In this document: positions 1 to 12,500 of the stretch, piece after piece
How the letters are laid out: each line of letters starts with the position of its first letter
Numbering within the stretch: position 1 is the first letter of the stretch
DNA from: Nemertoderma westbladi
Lineage: Eukaryota; Animalia; Xenacoelomorpha
Assembly: GCA_032718475.1 (NCBI GenBank)
Contig: JAUCBJ010008823.1
Span: 19,828-83,827 of the forward strand
DNA: 64,000 nucleotides
Reading direction: 5' to 3'
Notes under the pieces: model-generated
The model's database searches: none
What the model saw: only the letters and a program-made list of their open reading frames with translations
What the model was told of the DNA's origin: nothing
Made by a program: the position numbers and the translations under genes

Positions 1-1688
1 AGAATAACTGGTTTAACCCTTTTAGGGTCCGATACTATTAATGGTTGCGATAATTTTCTCTTTAATAGTTTGTTGAGATAACCTTTTCTTGGGGGGTGAA
101 ATAGATTAAGGTGTGTTTGCTGCGGGAGTAATATGCCTTCTCTGAGAGAACGTTTTAGTAATTCGAAAAGGCGCGCGATGGTAAAGTCGTTGGATAGGGT
201 GATAGTGTTGGTATTTTTCGTATTGGTGAATATAATTTCTGCTGGTTTGTTCTCGATATGAATGTAAGGACTGAGATAGTAGTGAGAGTTGGGTGGGTTG
301 GTTATATTTATCGCGAGAAAATCGCTGCCCCTAATATTGAGACCGTTGGTGAACTGAAAAGTGGTATTCTCTTCGTCTTTCATTAAAATGGGCCAGATAC
401 CAACATATTTTTCGGATTTGAACTTATAGATAAAGGCTGCGATACTGTTATTTATGAGATAGCGCTGGTGATTGGGGATTGTAATCTGCTTCGGTTTGAA
501 AGCAAATTGTATAGCCATAGCCTTGAATCTGATTAGAGCCTCGCGCGCTTGAATCGTGTTAGCTATAGTAAAGGATTCGTTAAATTTTCTCTCGGTTATC
601 TGTAAATCAATTTCTGAATCGCTGATACAACTTTGTATCGATATTCGCTCGGAAATGTTGTCTTTGTATACGTCAAGTTCATCGTAGCAGACACATTCAC
701 TATCCTCGACGGTTGAATCGAACCATTTCAATTCGCCGACCTCGGTTGGTGTAAAAAGAATCATGCCCCTAGAAGAAACAATAGCCTTTCCATCGTCAAC
801 CTCGTAGCCATTGGTGATCGCTAAATTGCGCTCGTTCCGAATATTTGTAACAAACCCAAAAGTGCAATAGTCAAAAGCAACCCAATTTCCCGGTTTTAGG
901 AAAAGGTGAGTAGTAGGATTAATAAAAGGGCGACAGATGTTTACATATTGTTGAAATAAATTGGCGCAGGTGACGGAAAATGTGATCCATGAACTGTTTA
1001 CAGTGTCTTCCAGCTTTATTAACTCGAGTGGTTTCACTGGGTTAATACTTCCATAGGTGCCAACTCTATAATTGAATCCAAAGTAATAGGAGACTTTATT
1101 TGCGAAAAAGCATGTGAGCTCATTCAATTTCTCGCCGAAAGCGAGAACATCCTTGTCGAAAAGTTTAAAGAAACGAGTCTCCTCTTCCTCGGTCGGAGTC
1201 GACGAGTTCCAGATGAGAAGAAGAATCGAGTTTGCGATACTATGAAAATCAAATAAGCGATCATCGGAGAAGAAGGAGGTTACGAGAGTGGTTAAACCCA
1301 GTAGACGATTTGCCACATTTTGGTTGATGTTTTCTCGAATAAAATCGACTATACTAGTTGGAATCGTAAACGTCTCGGGCGAAGTAGTTAGATTGAACGT
1401 GATTTTGTTGTCCCTTTTTAAAAGTTTGAAACCGTGGTTGGAGGAATGAAGTTTATTATCGTCGAGGGTTTGATATTGTCCATCGTGAAGTTCGTAGCAG
1501 GCGCGGAAAATAAAGTGCGCGTAGTTTGCCGGAATCGGGATGGGTTGGTTTAAGGTTGTATTTATCGTTAACGGGAAGAGTTTGTTCGCCGAATCGAAAT
1601 ATAGACCAAACGAGTTGTCTTGTAGCATAAACTGATTTTCGTTGCAAACCAAATCGTTGCTTGAATAGCTGATTTCTGAATGTGCCAT
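1..1688 (-). CDS. Orphan ORF, at least 562 aa, 3' end outside window (probable Polinton/Maverick accessory gene)
   Basis: Manual translation from ATG at 1688 (MAHSEISYSSNDLVCNENQF...KRKLSQPLIVSDPKRVKPVI) has no stop down to base 1. It is absent from the ORF track, presumably because its stop is off-window. No recognisable domain. Confidence 0.75.
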   Translation of the reverse strand, partial: MAHSEISYSSNDLVCNENQFMLQDNSFGLYFDSANKLFPLTINTTLNQPIPIPANYAHFIFRACYELHDGQYQTLDDNKLHSSNHGFKLLKRDNKITFNLTTSPETFTIPTSIVDFIRENINQNVANRLLGLTTLVTSFFSDDRLFDFHSIANSILLLIWNSSTPTEEEETRFFKLFDKDVLAFGEKLNELTCFFANKVSYYFGFNYRVGTYGSINPVKPLELIKLEDTVNSSWITFSVTCANLFQQYVNICRPFINPTTHLFLKPGNWVAFDYCTFGFVTNIRNERNLAITNGYEVDDGKAIVSSRGMILFTPTEVGELKWFDSTVEDSECVCYDELDVYKDNISERISIQSCISDSEIDLQITERKFNESFTIANTIQAREALIRFKAMAIQFAFKPKQITIPNHQRYLINNSIAAFIYKFKSEKYVGIWPILMKDEENTTFQFTNGLNIRGSDFLAINITNPPNSHYYLSPYIHIENKPAEIIFTNTKNTNTITLSNDFTIARLFELLKRSLREGILLPQQTHLNLFHPPRKGYLNKLLKRKLSQPLIVSDPKRVKPVI

Positions 1689-1807
1689 CGTGATTGTGTA
1701 CCGGTAACTCGTTTAGGAAATAAAAATAAATAAATACTTTTACGAAAATAATTAAAACTTTTCAGGAAAACAAAGAGACAATGATTGGGAATGTGGTGAA
1801 CGGGGGC

Positions 1808-1905
1808 TATTATAGAGGGGGCTAGAATGGGTTAGCCAATCAGGGAACAGGAGGGAGAAAAGACTATATAATTAAACCAATCAGAGAGCAGCTTTGATGA
1901 CGTCA
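1808..1905 (-). promoter_or_regulatory. Putative Pol II promoter of the orphan ORF
   Basis: TATAATA (minus, 1808-1814), CCAAT boxes at 1836 and 1877 and a palindromic TGACGTCA (CRE) at 1898-1905, 120-220 bp upstream of the ATG. Confidence 0.45.
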
Positions 1906-2634
1906 CATCAGGCGAGATAATGATTGCCCAATGTTATTCAATGGTAGACAGAATGGCGCCATTGAATAACGAAGACAAAGGGGCCGCGAGAGGAAAGATT
2001 ATAAAGTTAACGATAAGGGATCTATAAACCATAGAGCTAAAAATAGACATTATGTCATAGTGATCTCATTGGTAATATAAAAACTAATTAATCTAAAAAT
2101 AGAAATCAATGTATAAAATAAAAGTAATACAATTAATTAATTTAAAATAAAGTACAAATGAATAAATAAAGTCAAATAGAATACAAATAATTAATTAAAA
2201 TTAGGTACAAATAAATAGTTAAATTGAAAATAACAAAGTTAGAGAAGATGTTAATTTTCAGATAATACGCCCTCTAGCGGCAGACTATGGAACTGCAGGC
2301 GGTTGGATATAGGTAAGAGTAATTAGTAATCAGAGCTGTCACGGGGTGGGGGCAGGGGTGCTTGGATACAACTATCATTAATATGCTGTTGCTTGGTTAA
2401 AGCTAATTGGGGGGTCAAAGGTTAACGATAAAGCTGTCTGGATATAGATAAGAGTAATTAGTTACCAGTAAGGGAGCTGTATACCCATAAAGTACAAATG
2501 AATAATTAATATAAAATAAAGTACAAATGAATAAATAAAGTAAAATAAATGTACAATTAATTAAAATTAAATATAAATAAATAGGTATTAATGAATAAAA
2601 GAGCTGCGGTGTCACTTATGACACCCTCTTGAGC

Positions 2635-2926
2635 CGGCTCTGCGACAGTTGGACATCACTGATGAACCATTGTGTGTCAGGGCGCTAATCAGTCTGATTA
2701 ATTAGGATAATCAATTAAACCCTAATTAGGAGTCATATGACACCTGTTAGGGTTTAATTGTACTAATTAATTGATGACACCTGTCAATTAGGGTCTAATT
2801 AGCCTAATTGGGAGGTGTCACCCAGACAGTCTGGCGCCAATGACACCCAATGACACCCATAGGGTGATAATTGGGTGTCATATGACACCCAATGGGTGTC
2901 AGTTAGGTCCAACTGTCGCAGAGCCG
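2635..2926. repeat. Perfect 20-bp inverted repeat enclosing multiple TGACACC/GGTGTCA motifs
   Basis: cggctctgcgacagttggac (2635-2654) versus gtccaactgtcgcagagccg (2907-2926). Confidence 0.9.
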
Positions 2927-3597
2927 CCCAAGACCCTACTACTTACAGTCTTTGAACCTTTCAGTCTTTCTCAGCAGTACTTTGTGGCTCGTCCCACATA
3001 ATAAAAACTGAAACTTTGCTATGACAACACACCCGGTTCTTTTAAATTTGCGTGATTTGATTTATGCTCGCACCACTATTTGTAAGAAATATTAGAACTT
3101 ATCTTACAGTATGCCAATGTAGTAATGGTATTAAAATATAATTAAATTAATTTACACTATTAATGCTTCAGCTAAAAAATCGTTTCAGCTAAAAAATCGT
3201 ATGTAATAAAAAAAATAAGAATATTTTTAATATGTGTATATGTAATATAGGTATTACTGCTAAGTTAGGCAGTAGGCCAGAGCGGGCTCCTTAAATACAT
3301 GCAACTACTGTATTATAGTGTAGGTCAACTATAAAACATTTTGCAATCCACAGTGAGTATCGACTGCAATAGGACACAACACACTGCTTTGTGTAACTAA
3401 AATTCATTCTCCTGATCCACCCCCTAACATAGCAGAGTGAGTAACCTTATTGTAGATACTGTATACCCTTAGGAAGCACTGGGAGAGCAATCAGCTTATG
3501 GGGTAATACATTAGAAACCAACAGCTTATGTGTGAGTAAACATTGACTTTCCTTATAGCCTACTAGTAAAACTTGGCAACCAATACGTTTTACTATG

Positions 3598-4582
3598 ACT
3601 GTGTATAACATATTAAGCCATATTTCATCATGAACACCAGCTGTTATTTTACCATTGCTTTTAATTTCGCGACAAAACAATGTCAAAAAACTAAATATAT
3701 CGAATACCACACATAGAATCGATCTGAAATTTTGTAACGCGATTATGAACCTCAAAAGCAATGTACTTGCAAAATTTCATCAAAATCGCCAGGCAGGAAG
3801 TGCCTTAACCTAGATAATTATCAGTCAGTCAGTGTCAGTCAATGTAATGTATCCTGAAGATTCTTACAGTAAGTATCCCGCTGTCAAGCGGGCTCCTAAG
3901 ACTGTGTATAACATATTAAGCCATATTTCATCATGAACACCAGCTGTTATTTTACCATTGCTTTTAATTTCGCGACAAAACAATGTCAAAAAACTAAATA
4001 TATCGAATACCACACATAGAATCGATCTGAAATTTTGTAACGCGATTATGAACCTCAAAAGCAATGTACAGTACTTGCAAAATTTCATCAAAATCGCCAG
4101 GCAGGAAGTGCCTTAACCTAGATAATTATCAGTCAGTCAGTGTCAGTCAATGTAATGTATCCTGAAGATTCTTACAGTAAGTATCCCGCTGTCAAGATAA
4201 TTATCAGTCAGTCAGTGTCAGTCGATGTAATGTATCCTGAAGATTCTTACAGTAAGTATCCCGCTGTCAAGCGGGCTCCTAAGACTGTGTATAACATATT
4301 AAGCCATATTTCTTCATGAACACCAGCTGTTATTTTACCATTGCTTTTAATTTCGCGACAAAACAATGTCAAAAAACTAAATATATCGAATACCACACAT
4401 AGAATCGATCTGAAATTTTGTAACGCGATTATGAACCTCAAAAGCAATGTACTTGCAAAATTTCATCAAAATCGCCAGGCAGGAAGTGCCTTAACCTAGA
4501 TAATTATCAGTCAGTCAGTGTCAGTCAATGTAATGTATCCTGAAGATTCTTACAGTAAGTATCCCGCTGTCAAGCGGGCTCC
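3598..4582 (+). repeat. Head-to-tail ~300-bp repeat, 3 copies plus a partial (possibly non-autonomous Helitron/Helentron-like)
   Basis: Units start actgtgtataac at 3598, 3901 and 4284. Each has a (TCAG)n tract and a terminal cccgct-gtca-agcggg hairpin. Confidence 0.6.
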
Positions 4583-4744
4583 TTTAATTCTGCTTTATCC
4601 AAGGCTTGCATGGAGGGTGGGAGGAGTTTACATATTGATTGCGATTGATATTTGATTGGGGATTAGATTGTCTTTTAGTTTTTTGGTTTTGTTGTCTTAT
4701 AGACGGTCTTCTTACAGCCAGCTTGCTGGCTTTCTAGTGTATAA

Positions 4745-5450
4745 TTATATAAATATTTCTACCGCAATCAATTTATGACAACTCTCAATCGTGATGTAAT
4801 TAATAATAAGGGCTTTGCTTATATTAATGGTCTGAAATATCGCCATATATTAATTATTTAGTAAATCAGAGGTAAGACAACACACGAATCTAATACAATT
4901 GTCCAGATTATCACTAATCTTAATTGTAGAGACCCACCTTGTTATGGCGCGTGTAAAACCTTCTTGATTTCGTAATATCGGCGATATATTAAACAAATAA
5001 GAGAGTAAATTGAGTTTAACGACAGAATATCAATTAATAATATTAAAATGTTAACGACAAAGATACAAAGCTTACATAAAGGCATGTAATAAACACTGAT
5101 CGTCAGTAATCTGATCAGTGTGTCTAAGGACCTGCATGGGAAGCAACTCTTCTGCAGGACACAAAGTAAACAAGTGGATAAATGGCCAACCAGCGAACAT
5201 TATATACTAGGTTCACTTAATACAATAATTTGGACCAATAAGACATCACGTATCTCATTGAGGCTTAACAGGCTCAATAAATCAGTTCGAATATGGGTAT
5301 AATAGCACTAGGTGGCGTAAGAACCCTTACTAAAGAATAATTCAATAGAAATAATTAATATGACACCGCAACTGGTCCTTTATCAATAAAAATATAGTTT
5401 TTGAATAAAATTGGTAAAATAAGTAATTTAAAGGCAGAATTTATGACTTC
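4745..5450 (+). repeat. Old dispersed repeat; diverged inverted copy at ~60015-61635
   Basis: 4748-4835 resembles the reverse complement of 61548-61635, and 5305-5445 that of 60020-60155. Confidence 0.7.
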
Positions 5451-6182
5451 AGCAACATGTTGAGTGAAAATATAAAAGTAGGGAATTTCAATTTAGTGAT
5501 GAAAAACTTATTGGTGCAAACTGAGAAAATGGATTTTACATACAGAAGAGAGACATGAAATTCAGCCATAAATACTGTTGTTCATGTTTATTCAAATAAG
5601 ATGTGCATTTTTGGTCTCTGCTGTTCTTATCCCTTTGGTAATTGTTTTAATTTTTCATATTAATTAATGAAAATATTGTAAATTGCCAAAAATTTTCCAA
5701 AAAGGTTTTAAAAATTTGAATAATTTTTTATATATAGAAAAAGTAAATATAAATTTTTTAAAAATTTCCAATTTCAAAAGTATTGTATTCTTTTGAAAAA
5801 GCATTCGATATTGAAACTTATCTCACAACATGGAAGTCCGTTATCAATTTTCAAAAATTTCACTTATTGAATGTTTTTTGAGATAAAAGTTTTTTTTCAC
5901 ATAAGGAGATTATCGCAAATCCATCTCGGCAAATTAATTATGTTAATTTTCAATTAGGGGAAAGCCGCAGATTACTATAGTACGATATTCTAACCAAAAC
6001 CAAAAAATGTAATATATCATCTTACAGAGTTTCATTTTTGAGAGTAATCAGATGTTATTTACATAGATTTTCGACTGCAGATGGATGTATGATTGTGTCG
6101 AAAATCCCCATCACAGCACAGCTATCTTTAAAATAAATCATTTATTAATAATTTACCAATTTATTGCTGATTATTTATTTAG

Positions 6183-6541
6183 ATTCAGTTTGGATCCTCC
6201 GTCTATTAAGACAAAAGGCTACCGACAGTGGCTGGACGCCTTACGGGCGATGGCTCGGTTACCCCACGGTCTACCCGGCCAATGGAGGAAGACCATATGG
6301 TTGAAGTTAGCTGAGAGTCACATAGTAGCCAGCGAGATCGACTGGCCTCGGTGTGTGCGGATCGCATTCAATGACCGGAGTAATCCAGACGACGATAAAC
6401 TTGGATCCCAAATCGTAAAAGATCTCCATCGGACTGGCTGCGCGGGTTTCTGTGAGGAAGATGATGAACAGAACAGAGCGCTACTTAAACGGGTTCTATT
6501 GGCCTACGCTAGGTGGAACAAAATCATTGGATATTGCCAAG
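6183..6541 (+). CDS. TBC1D30: TBC1D30-like Rab-GAP, internal exon A (upstream exons not located)
   Basis: Acceptor tttag at 6182. Encodes QWLDALRAMARL...QIVKDLHRTG...LKRVLLAYARWNKIIGYCQ (TBC IxxDxxR and YxQ motifs). Donor G|GTAAGT at 6541/6542. Confidence 0.85.
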
Positions 6542-9500
6542 GTAAGTGAGTTCTTTTAGTTGACGCTAGGTGGAACAAAATCATTGGATATTGCCAAGGA
6601 AAGTGAGTTCTTTTAGTTGACGCTAGGTGGAACAAAATCATTGGATATTGCCAAGGTAAGTGAGTTCTTTTAGTTGACGCTAGGTGGAACAAAATCATTG
6701 GATATTGCCAAGGTAAGTGAGTTCTTTTAGTTGACGCTAGGTGGAACAAAATCATTGGATATTGCCAAGGTAAGTGAGTTCTTTTAGTTGACGCTAGGTG
6801 AAACAAAATCATTGGATATTGCCAAGGTAAGTGAGTTCTTTTAGTTGACGCTAGGTGGAACAAAATCATTGGATATTGCCAAGGTAAGTGAGTTCTTTTA
6901 GTTGACGCTAGGTGAAACAAAATCATTGGATATTGCCAAGGTAAGTGAGTTCTTTTAGTTGACGCTAGGTGGAACAAAATCATTGGATATTGCCAAGGAA
7001 AGTGAGTTCTTTTAGTTGACGCTAGGTGGAACAAAATCATTGGATATTGCCAAGGTAAGTGAGTTCTTTTAGTTGACGCTAGGTGGAACAAAATCATTGG
7101 ATATTGCCAAGGTAAGTGAGTTCTTTTAGTTGACGCTAGGTGGAACAAAATCATTGGATATTGCCAAGGAAAGTGAGTTCTTTTAGTTGACGCTAGGTGG
7201 AACAAAATCATTGGATATTGCCAAGGTAAGTGAGTTCTTTTAGTTGACGCTAGGTGGAACAAAATCATTGGATATTGCCAAGGTAAGTGAGTTCTTTTAG
7301 TTGACGCTAGGTGGAACAAAATCATTGGATATTGCCAAGGTAAGTGAGTTCTTTTAGTTGACGCTAGGTGGAACAAAATCATTGGATATTGCCAAGGAAA
7401 GTGAGTTCTTTTAGTTGACGCTAGGTGGAACAAAATCATTGGATATTGCCAAGGTAAGTGTGTTCTTTTAGTTGACGCTAGGTGGAACAAAATCATTGGA
7501 TATTGCCAAGGTAAGTGAGTTCTTTTAGTTGACGCTAGGTGGAACAAAATCATTGGATATTGCCAAGGTAAGTGAGTTCTTTTAGTTGACGCTAGGTGGA
7601 ACAAAATCATTGGATATTGCCAAGGTAAGTGTGTTCTTTTAGTTGACGCTAGGTGGAACAAAATCATTGGATATTGCCAAGGTAAGTGAGTTCTTTTAGT
7701 TGACGCTAGGTGGAACAAAATCATTGGATATTGCCAAGGTAAGTGAGTTCTTTTAGTTGACGCTAGGTGGAACAAAATCATTGGATATTGCCAAGGAAAG
7801 TGAGTTCTTTTAGTTGACGCTAGGTGGAACAAAATCATTGGATATTGCCAAGGTAAGTGAGTTCTTTTAGTTGACGCTAGGTGGAACAAAATCATTGCAT
7901 ATTGCCAAGGTAAGTGAGTTCTTTTAGTTGACGCTAGGTGGAACAAAATCATTGGATATTGCCAAGGAAAGTGAGTTCTTTTAGTTGACGCTAGGTGGAA
8001 CAAAATCATTGGATATTGCCAAGGTAAGTGAGTTCTTTTAGTTGACGCTAGGTGGAACAAAATCATTGGATATTGCCAAGGTAAGTGAGTTCTTTTAGTT
8101 GACGCTAGGTGTAACAAAATCATTGGATATTGCCAAGGTAAGTGAGTTCTTTTAGTTGACGCTAGGTGGAACAAAATCATTGGATATTGCCAAGGTAAGT
8201 GAGTTCTTTTAGTTGACGCTAGGTGGAACAAAATCATTGGATATTGCCAAGGTAAGTGAGTTCTTTTAGTTGACGCTAGGTGGAACAAAATTATTGGATA
8301 TTGCCAAGGTAAGTGAGTTCTTTTAGTTGACGCTAGGTGGAACAAAATCATTGGATATTGCCAAGGTAAGTGAGTTCTTTTAGTTGACGCTAGTTGGAAC
8401 AAAATCATTGGATATTGCCAAGATAAGTGAGTTATTTTAGTTGACGCTAGGTGGAATAAAATCATCGGATATTGCCAAGGTAAGTGTGTTCTTTTAGTTG
8501 ACGCTAGGTGGAACAAAATCATTGGATATTGCCAAGGTAAGTGAGTTCTTTTAGTTGACGCTAGGTGGAACAAAATCATTGGATATTGCCAAGGAAAGTG
8601 AGTTCTTTTAGTTGACGCTAGGTGGAACAAAATCATCGGATATTGCCAAGGAAAGTGAGTTCTTTTAGTTGACGCTAGGTGGAACAAAATCATTGGATAT
8701 TGCCAAGGTAAGTGAGTTCTCTTAGTTGACGCTAGGTGGAACAAAATCATTGGATATTGCCAAGGTAAGTGAGTTCTTTTAGTTGACGCTAGGTGGAACA
8801 AAATCGTTGGATAGTGCCAAGGTAAGTGAGTTCTTTTAGTTGACGCTAGGTGGAACAAAATCATTGGATATTGCCAAGGAAAGTGAGTTCTTTTATTTGA
8901 CGCTAGGTGGAACAAAATCATTGGATATTGCCAAGGAAAGTGAGTTCTTTTAGTTGACGCTAGGTGGAACAAAATCATTGGATATTGCCAAGGTAAGTGA
9001 GTTCTTTTAGTTGACGCTAGGTGGAACAAAATCATCGGATATTGCCAAGGTAAGTGAGTTCTTTTAGTTGACGCTAGGTGGAACAAAATCATTGGATAGT
9101 GCCAAGGTAAGTGAGTTCTTTTAGTTGACGCTAGGTGGAACAAAATCATTGGATATTGCCAAGGAAAGTGAGTTCTTTTAGTTGACGCTAGGTGGAACAA
9201 AATCATCGGATATTGCCAAGGAAAGTGAGTTCTTTTAGTTGACGCTAGGTGGAACAAAATCATTGGATATTGCCAAGGTAAGTGAGTTCTTTTAGTTGAC
9301 GCTAGGTGGAACAAAATCATTGGATATTGCCAAGGAAAGTGAGTTCTTTTAGTTGACGCTAGGTGGAACAAAATCATTGGATATTGCCAAGGTAAGTGAG
9401 TTCTTTTAGTTGACGCTAGGTGGAACAAAATCATTGGATAGTGCCAAGATAAGTGAGTTCTTTTAGTTGACGCTAGGTGGAACAAAATCATTGGATATTG

Positions 9501-12500
9501 CCAAGGAAAGTGAGTTCTTTTAGTTGACGCTAGGTGGAACAAAATCATCGGATATTGCCAAGGTAAGTGAGTTCTTTTAGTTGACGCTATGTGGAACAAA
9601 ATCATTGGATATTGCCAAGGTAAGTGAGTTCTTTTAGTTGACGCTAGGTGGAACAAAATCATTGGATATTGCCAAGGAAAGTGAGTTCTTTTAGTTGACG
9701 CTAGGTGGAACAAAATCATTGGATAGTGCCAAGGTAAGTGAGTTCTTTTAGTTGACGCTAGGTGGAACAAAATCATTGGATATTGCCAAGGAAAGTGAGT
9801 TCTTTTAGTTGACGCTAGGTGGAACAAAATCATTGGATATTGCCAAGGAAAGTGAGTTCTTTTAGTTGACGCTAGGTGGAACAAAATCATTGGATATTGC
9901 CAAGGTAAGTGAGTTCTTTTAGTTGACGCTAGGTGGAACAAAATCATTGGATATTGCCAAGGAAAGTGAGTTCTTTTAGTTGACGCTAGTTGGAACAAAA
10001 TCATTGGATATTGCCAAGGAAAGTGAGTTCTTTTAGTTGACGCTAGGTGGAACAAAATCATTGGATAGTGCCAAGGTAAGTGAGTTCTTTTAGTTCACGC
10101 TAGGTGGAACAAAATCATTGGTTATTGCCAAGGTAAGTGAGTTCTTTTAGTTGACGCTAGGTGGAACAAAATCATTGGATATTGCCAAGGTAAGTGAGTT
10201 CTTTTAGTTGACGCTAGGTGGAACAAAATCATTGGATAGTGCCAAGGTAAGTGAGTTCTTTTAGTTGACGCTAGGTGGAACAAAATCATTGGATATTGCC
10301 AAGATAAGTGAGTTCTTTTAGTTGACGCTAGGTGGAACAAAATCATTGGATATTGCCAAGGAAAGTGAGTTCTTTTAGTTGACGCTAGGTGGAACAAAAT
10401 CATTGGATAGTGCCAAGGTAAGTGAGTTCTTTTAGTTGACGCTAGGTGGAACAAAATCATTGGATATTGCCAAGATAAGTGAGTTCTTTTAGTTGACGCT
10501 AGGTGGAACAAAATCATTGGATATTGCCAAGGAAAGTGAGTTCTTTTAGTTGACGCTAGGTGGAACAAAATCATTGGATAGTGCCAAGGTAAGTGAGTTC
10601 TTTTAGTTGACGCTAGGTGGAACAAAATCATTGGATATTGCCAAGGAAAGTGAGTTCTTTTAGTTGACGCTAGGTGGAACAAAATCATTGGATAGTGCCA
10701 AGGTAAGTGAGTTCTTTTAGTTGACGCTAGGTGGAACAAAATCATTGGATATTGCCAAGGTAAGTGAGTTCTTTTAGTTGACGCTAGGTGGAACAAAATC
10801 ATTGGATATTGCCAAGGTAAGTGAGTTCTTTTAGTTGACGCTAGGTGGAACAAAATCATTGGATATTGCCAAGGTAAGTGAGTTCTTTTAGTTGACGCTA
10901 GGTGGAACAAAATCATTGGATATTGCCAAGGTAAGTGAGTTCTTTTAGTTGACGCTAGGTGGAACAAAATCATTGGATAGTGCCAAGGTAAGTGAGTTCT
11001 TTTAGTTGACGCTAGGTGGAACAAAATCATTGGATATTGCCAAGGTAAGTGAGTTCTTTTAGTTGACGCTAGGTGGAACAAAATCATTGGATAGTGCCAA
11101 GGTAAGTGAGTTCTTTTAGTTGACGCTAGGTGGAACAAAATCATTGGATATTGCCAAGGTAAGTGAGTTCTTTTAGTTGACGCTAGGTGGAACAAAATCA
11201 TTGGATATTGCCAAGGTAAGTGAGTTCTTTTAGTTGACGCTAGGTGGAACAAAATCATTGGATATTGCCAAGGTAAGTGAGTTCTTTTAGTTGACGCTAG
11301 GTGGAACAAAATCATTGGATATTGCCAAGGTAAGTGAGTTCTTTTAGTTGACGCTAGGTGGAACAAAATCATTGGATAGTGCCAAGGTAAGTGAGTTATT
11401 TTAGTTGACGCTAGGTGGAACAAAATCATTGGATATTGCCAAGGAAAGTGAGTTCTTTTAGTTGACGCTAGGTGGAACAAAATCATCGGATATTGCCAAG
11501 GTAAGTGAGTTCTTTTAGTTGACGCTAGGTGGAACAAAATCATTGGATATTGCCAAGGTAAGTGAGTTCTTTTAGTTGACGCTAGGTGGAACAAAATCAT
11601 TGGATATTGCCAAGGAAAGTGAGTTCTTTTAGTTGACGCTAGGTGGAACAAAATCATTGGATATTGCCAAGGTAAGTGAGTTCTTTTAGTTGACGCTAGG
11701 TGGAACAAAATCATTGGATAGTGCCAAGGTAAGTGAGTTCTTTTAGTTGACGCTAGGTGGAACAAAATCATTGGATATTGCCAAGGTAAGTGAGTTCTTT
11801 TAGTTGACGCTAGGTGGAACAAAATCATTGGATAGTGCCAAGGTAAGTGAGTTCTTTTAGTTGACGCTAGGTGGAACAAAATCATTGGATATTGCCAAGG
11901 AAAGTGAGTTCTTTTAGTTGACGCTAGGTGGAACAAAATCATCGGATATTGCCAAGGTAAGTGAGTTCTTTTAGTTGACGCTAGGTGGAACAAAATCATT
12001 GGATATTGCCAAGGAAAGTGAGTTCTTTTAGTTGACGCTAGGTGGAACAAAATCATTGGATATTGCCAAGGTAAGTGAGTTCTTTTAGTTGACGCTAGGT
12101 GGAACAAAATCATTGGATATTGCCAAGGTAAGTGAGTTCTTTTAGTTGACGCTAGGTGGAACAAAATCATTGGATAGTGCCAAGGTAAGTGAGTTCTTTT
12201 AGTTGACGCTAGGTGGAACAAAATCATTGGATATTGCCAAGGAAAGTGAGTTCTTTTAGTTGACGCTAGGTGGAACAAAATCATCGGATATTGCCAAGGT
12301 AAGTGAGTTCTTTTAGTTGACGCTAGGTGGAACAAAATCATTGGATATTGCCAAGGAAAGTGAGTTCTTTTAGTTGACGCTAGGTGGAACAAAATCATCG
12401 GATATTGCCAAGGTAAGTGAGTTCTTTTAGTTGACGCTAGGTGGAACAAAATCATTGGATATTGCCAAGGTAAGTGAGTTCTTTTAGTTGACGCTAGGTG

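Larger units (their letters stand above)
1..2943. mobile_element. Right end of a Maverick/Polinton-like element
   Basis: Structured terminal region ends in ACTACT (2938-2943), the complement of the AGTAGT terminus typical of Polintons. Preceded by AT-rich subterminal repeats (2100-2600) and an intronless ORF. No pPolB, integrase or capsid gene in the window. Confidence 0.5.

Noticed and set aside
3447-4447. Three similar small ORFs (MLLRFIIALQNF...)
   Set aside because: Incidental frames in a triplicated non-coding repeat.
6085-6182. ORF-track N-terminal extensions of the TBC1D30 exons (also 22734-22851)
   Set aside because: AT-rich intronic sequence upstream of clear acceptor sites.
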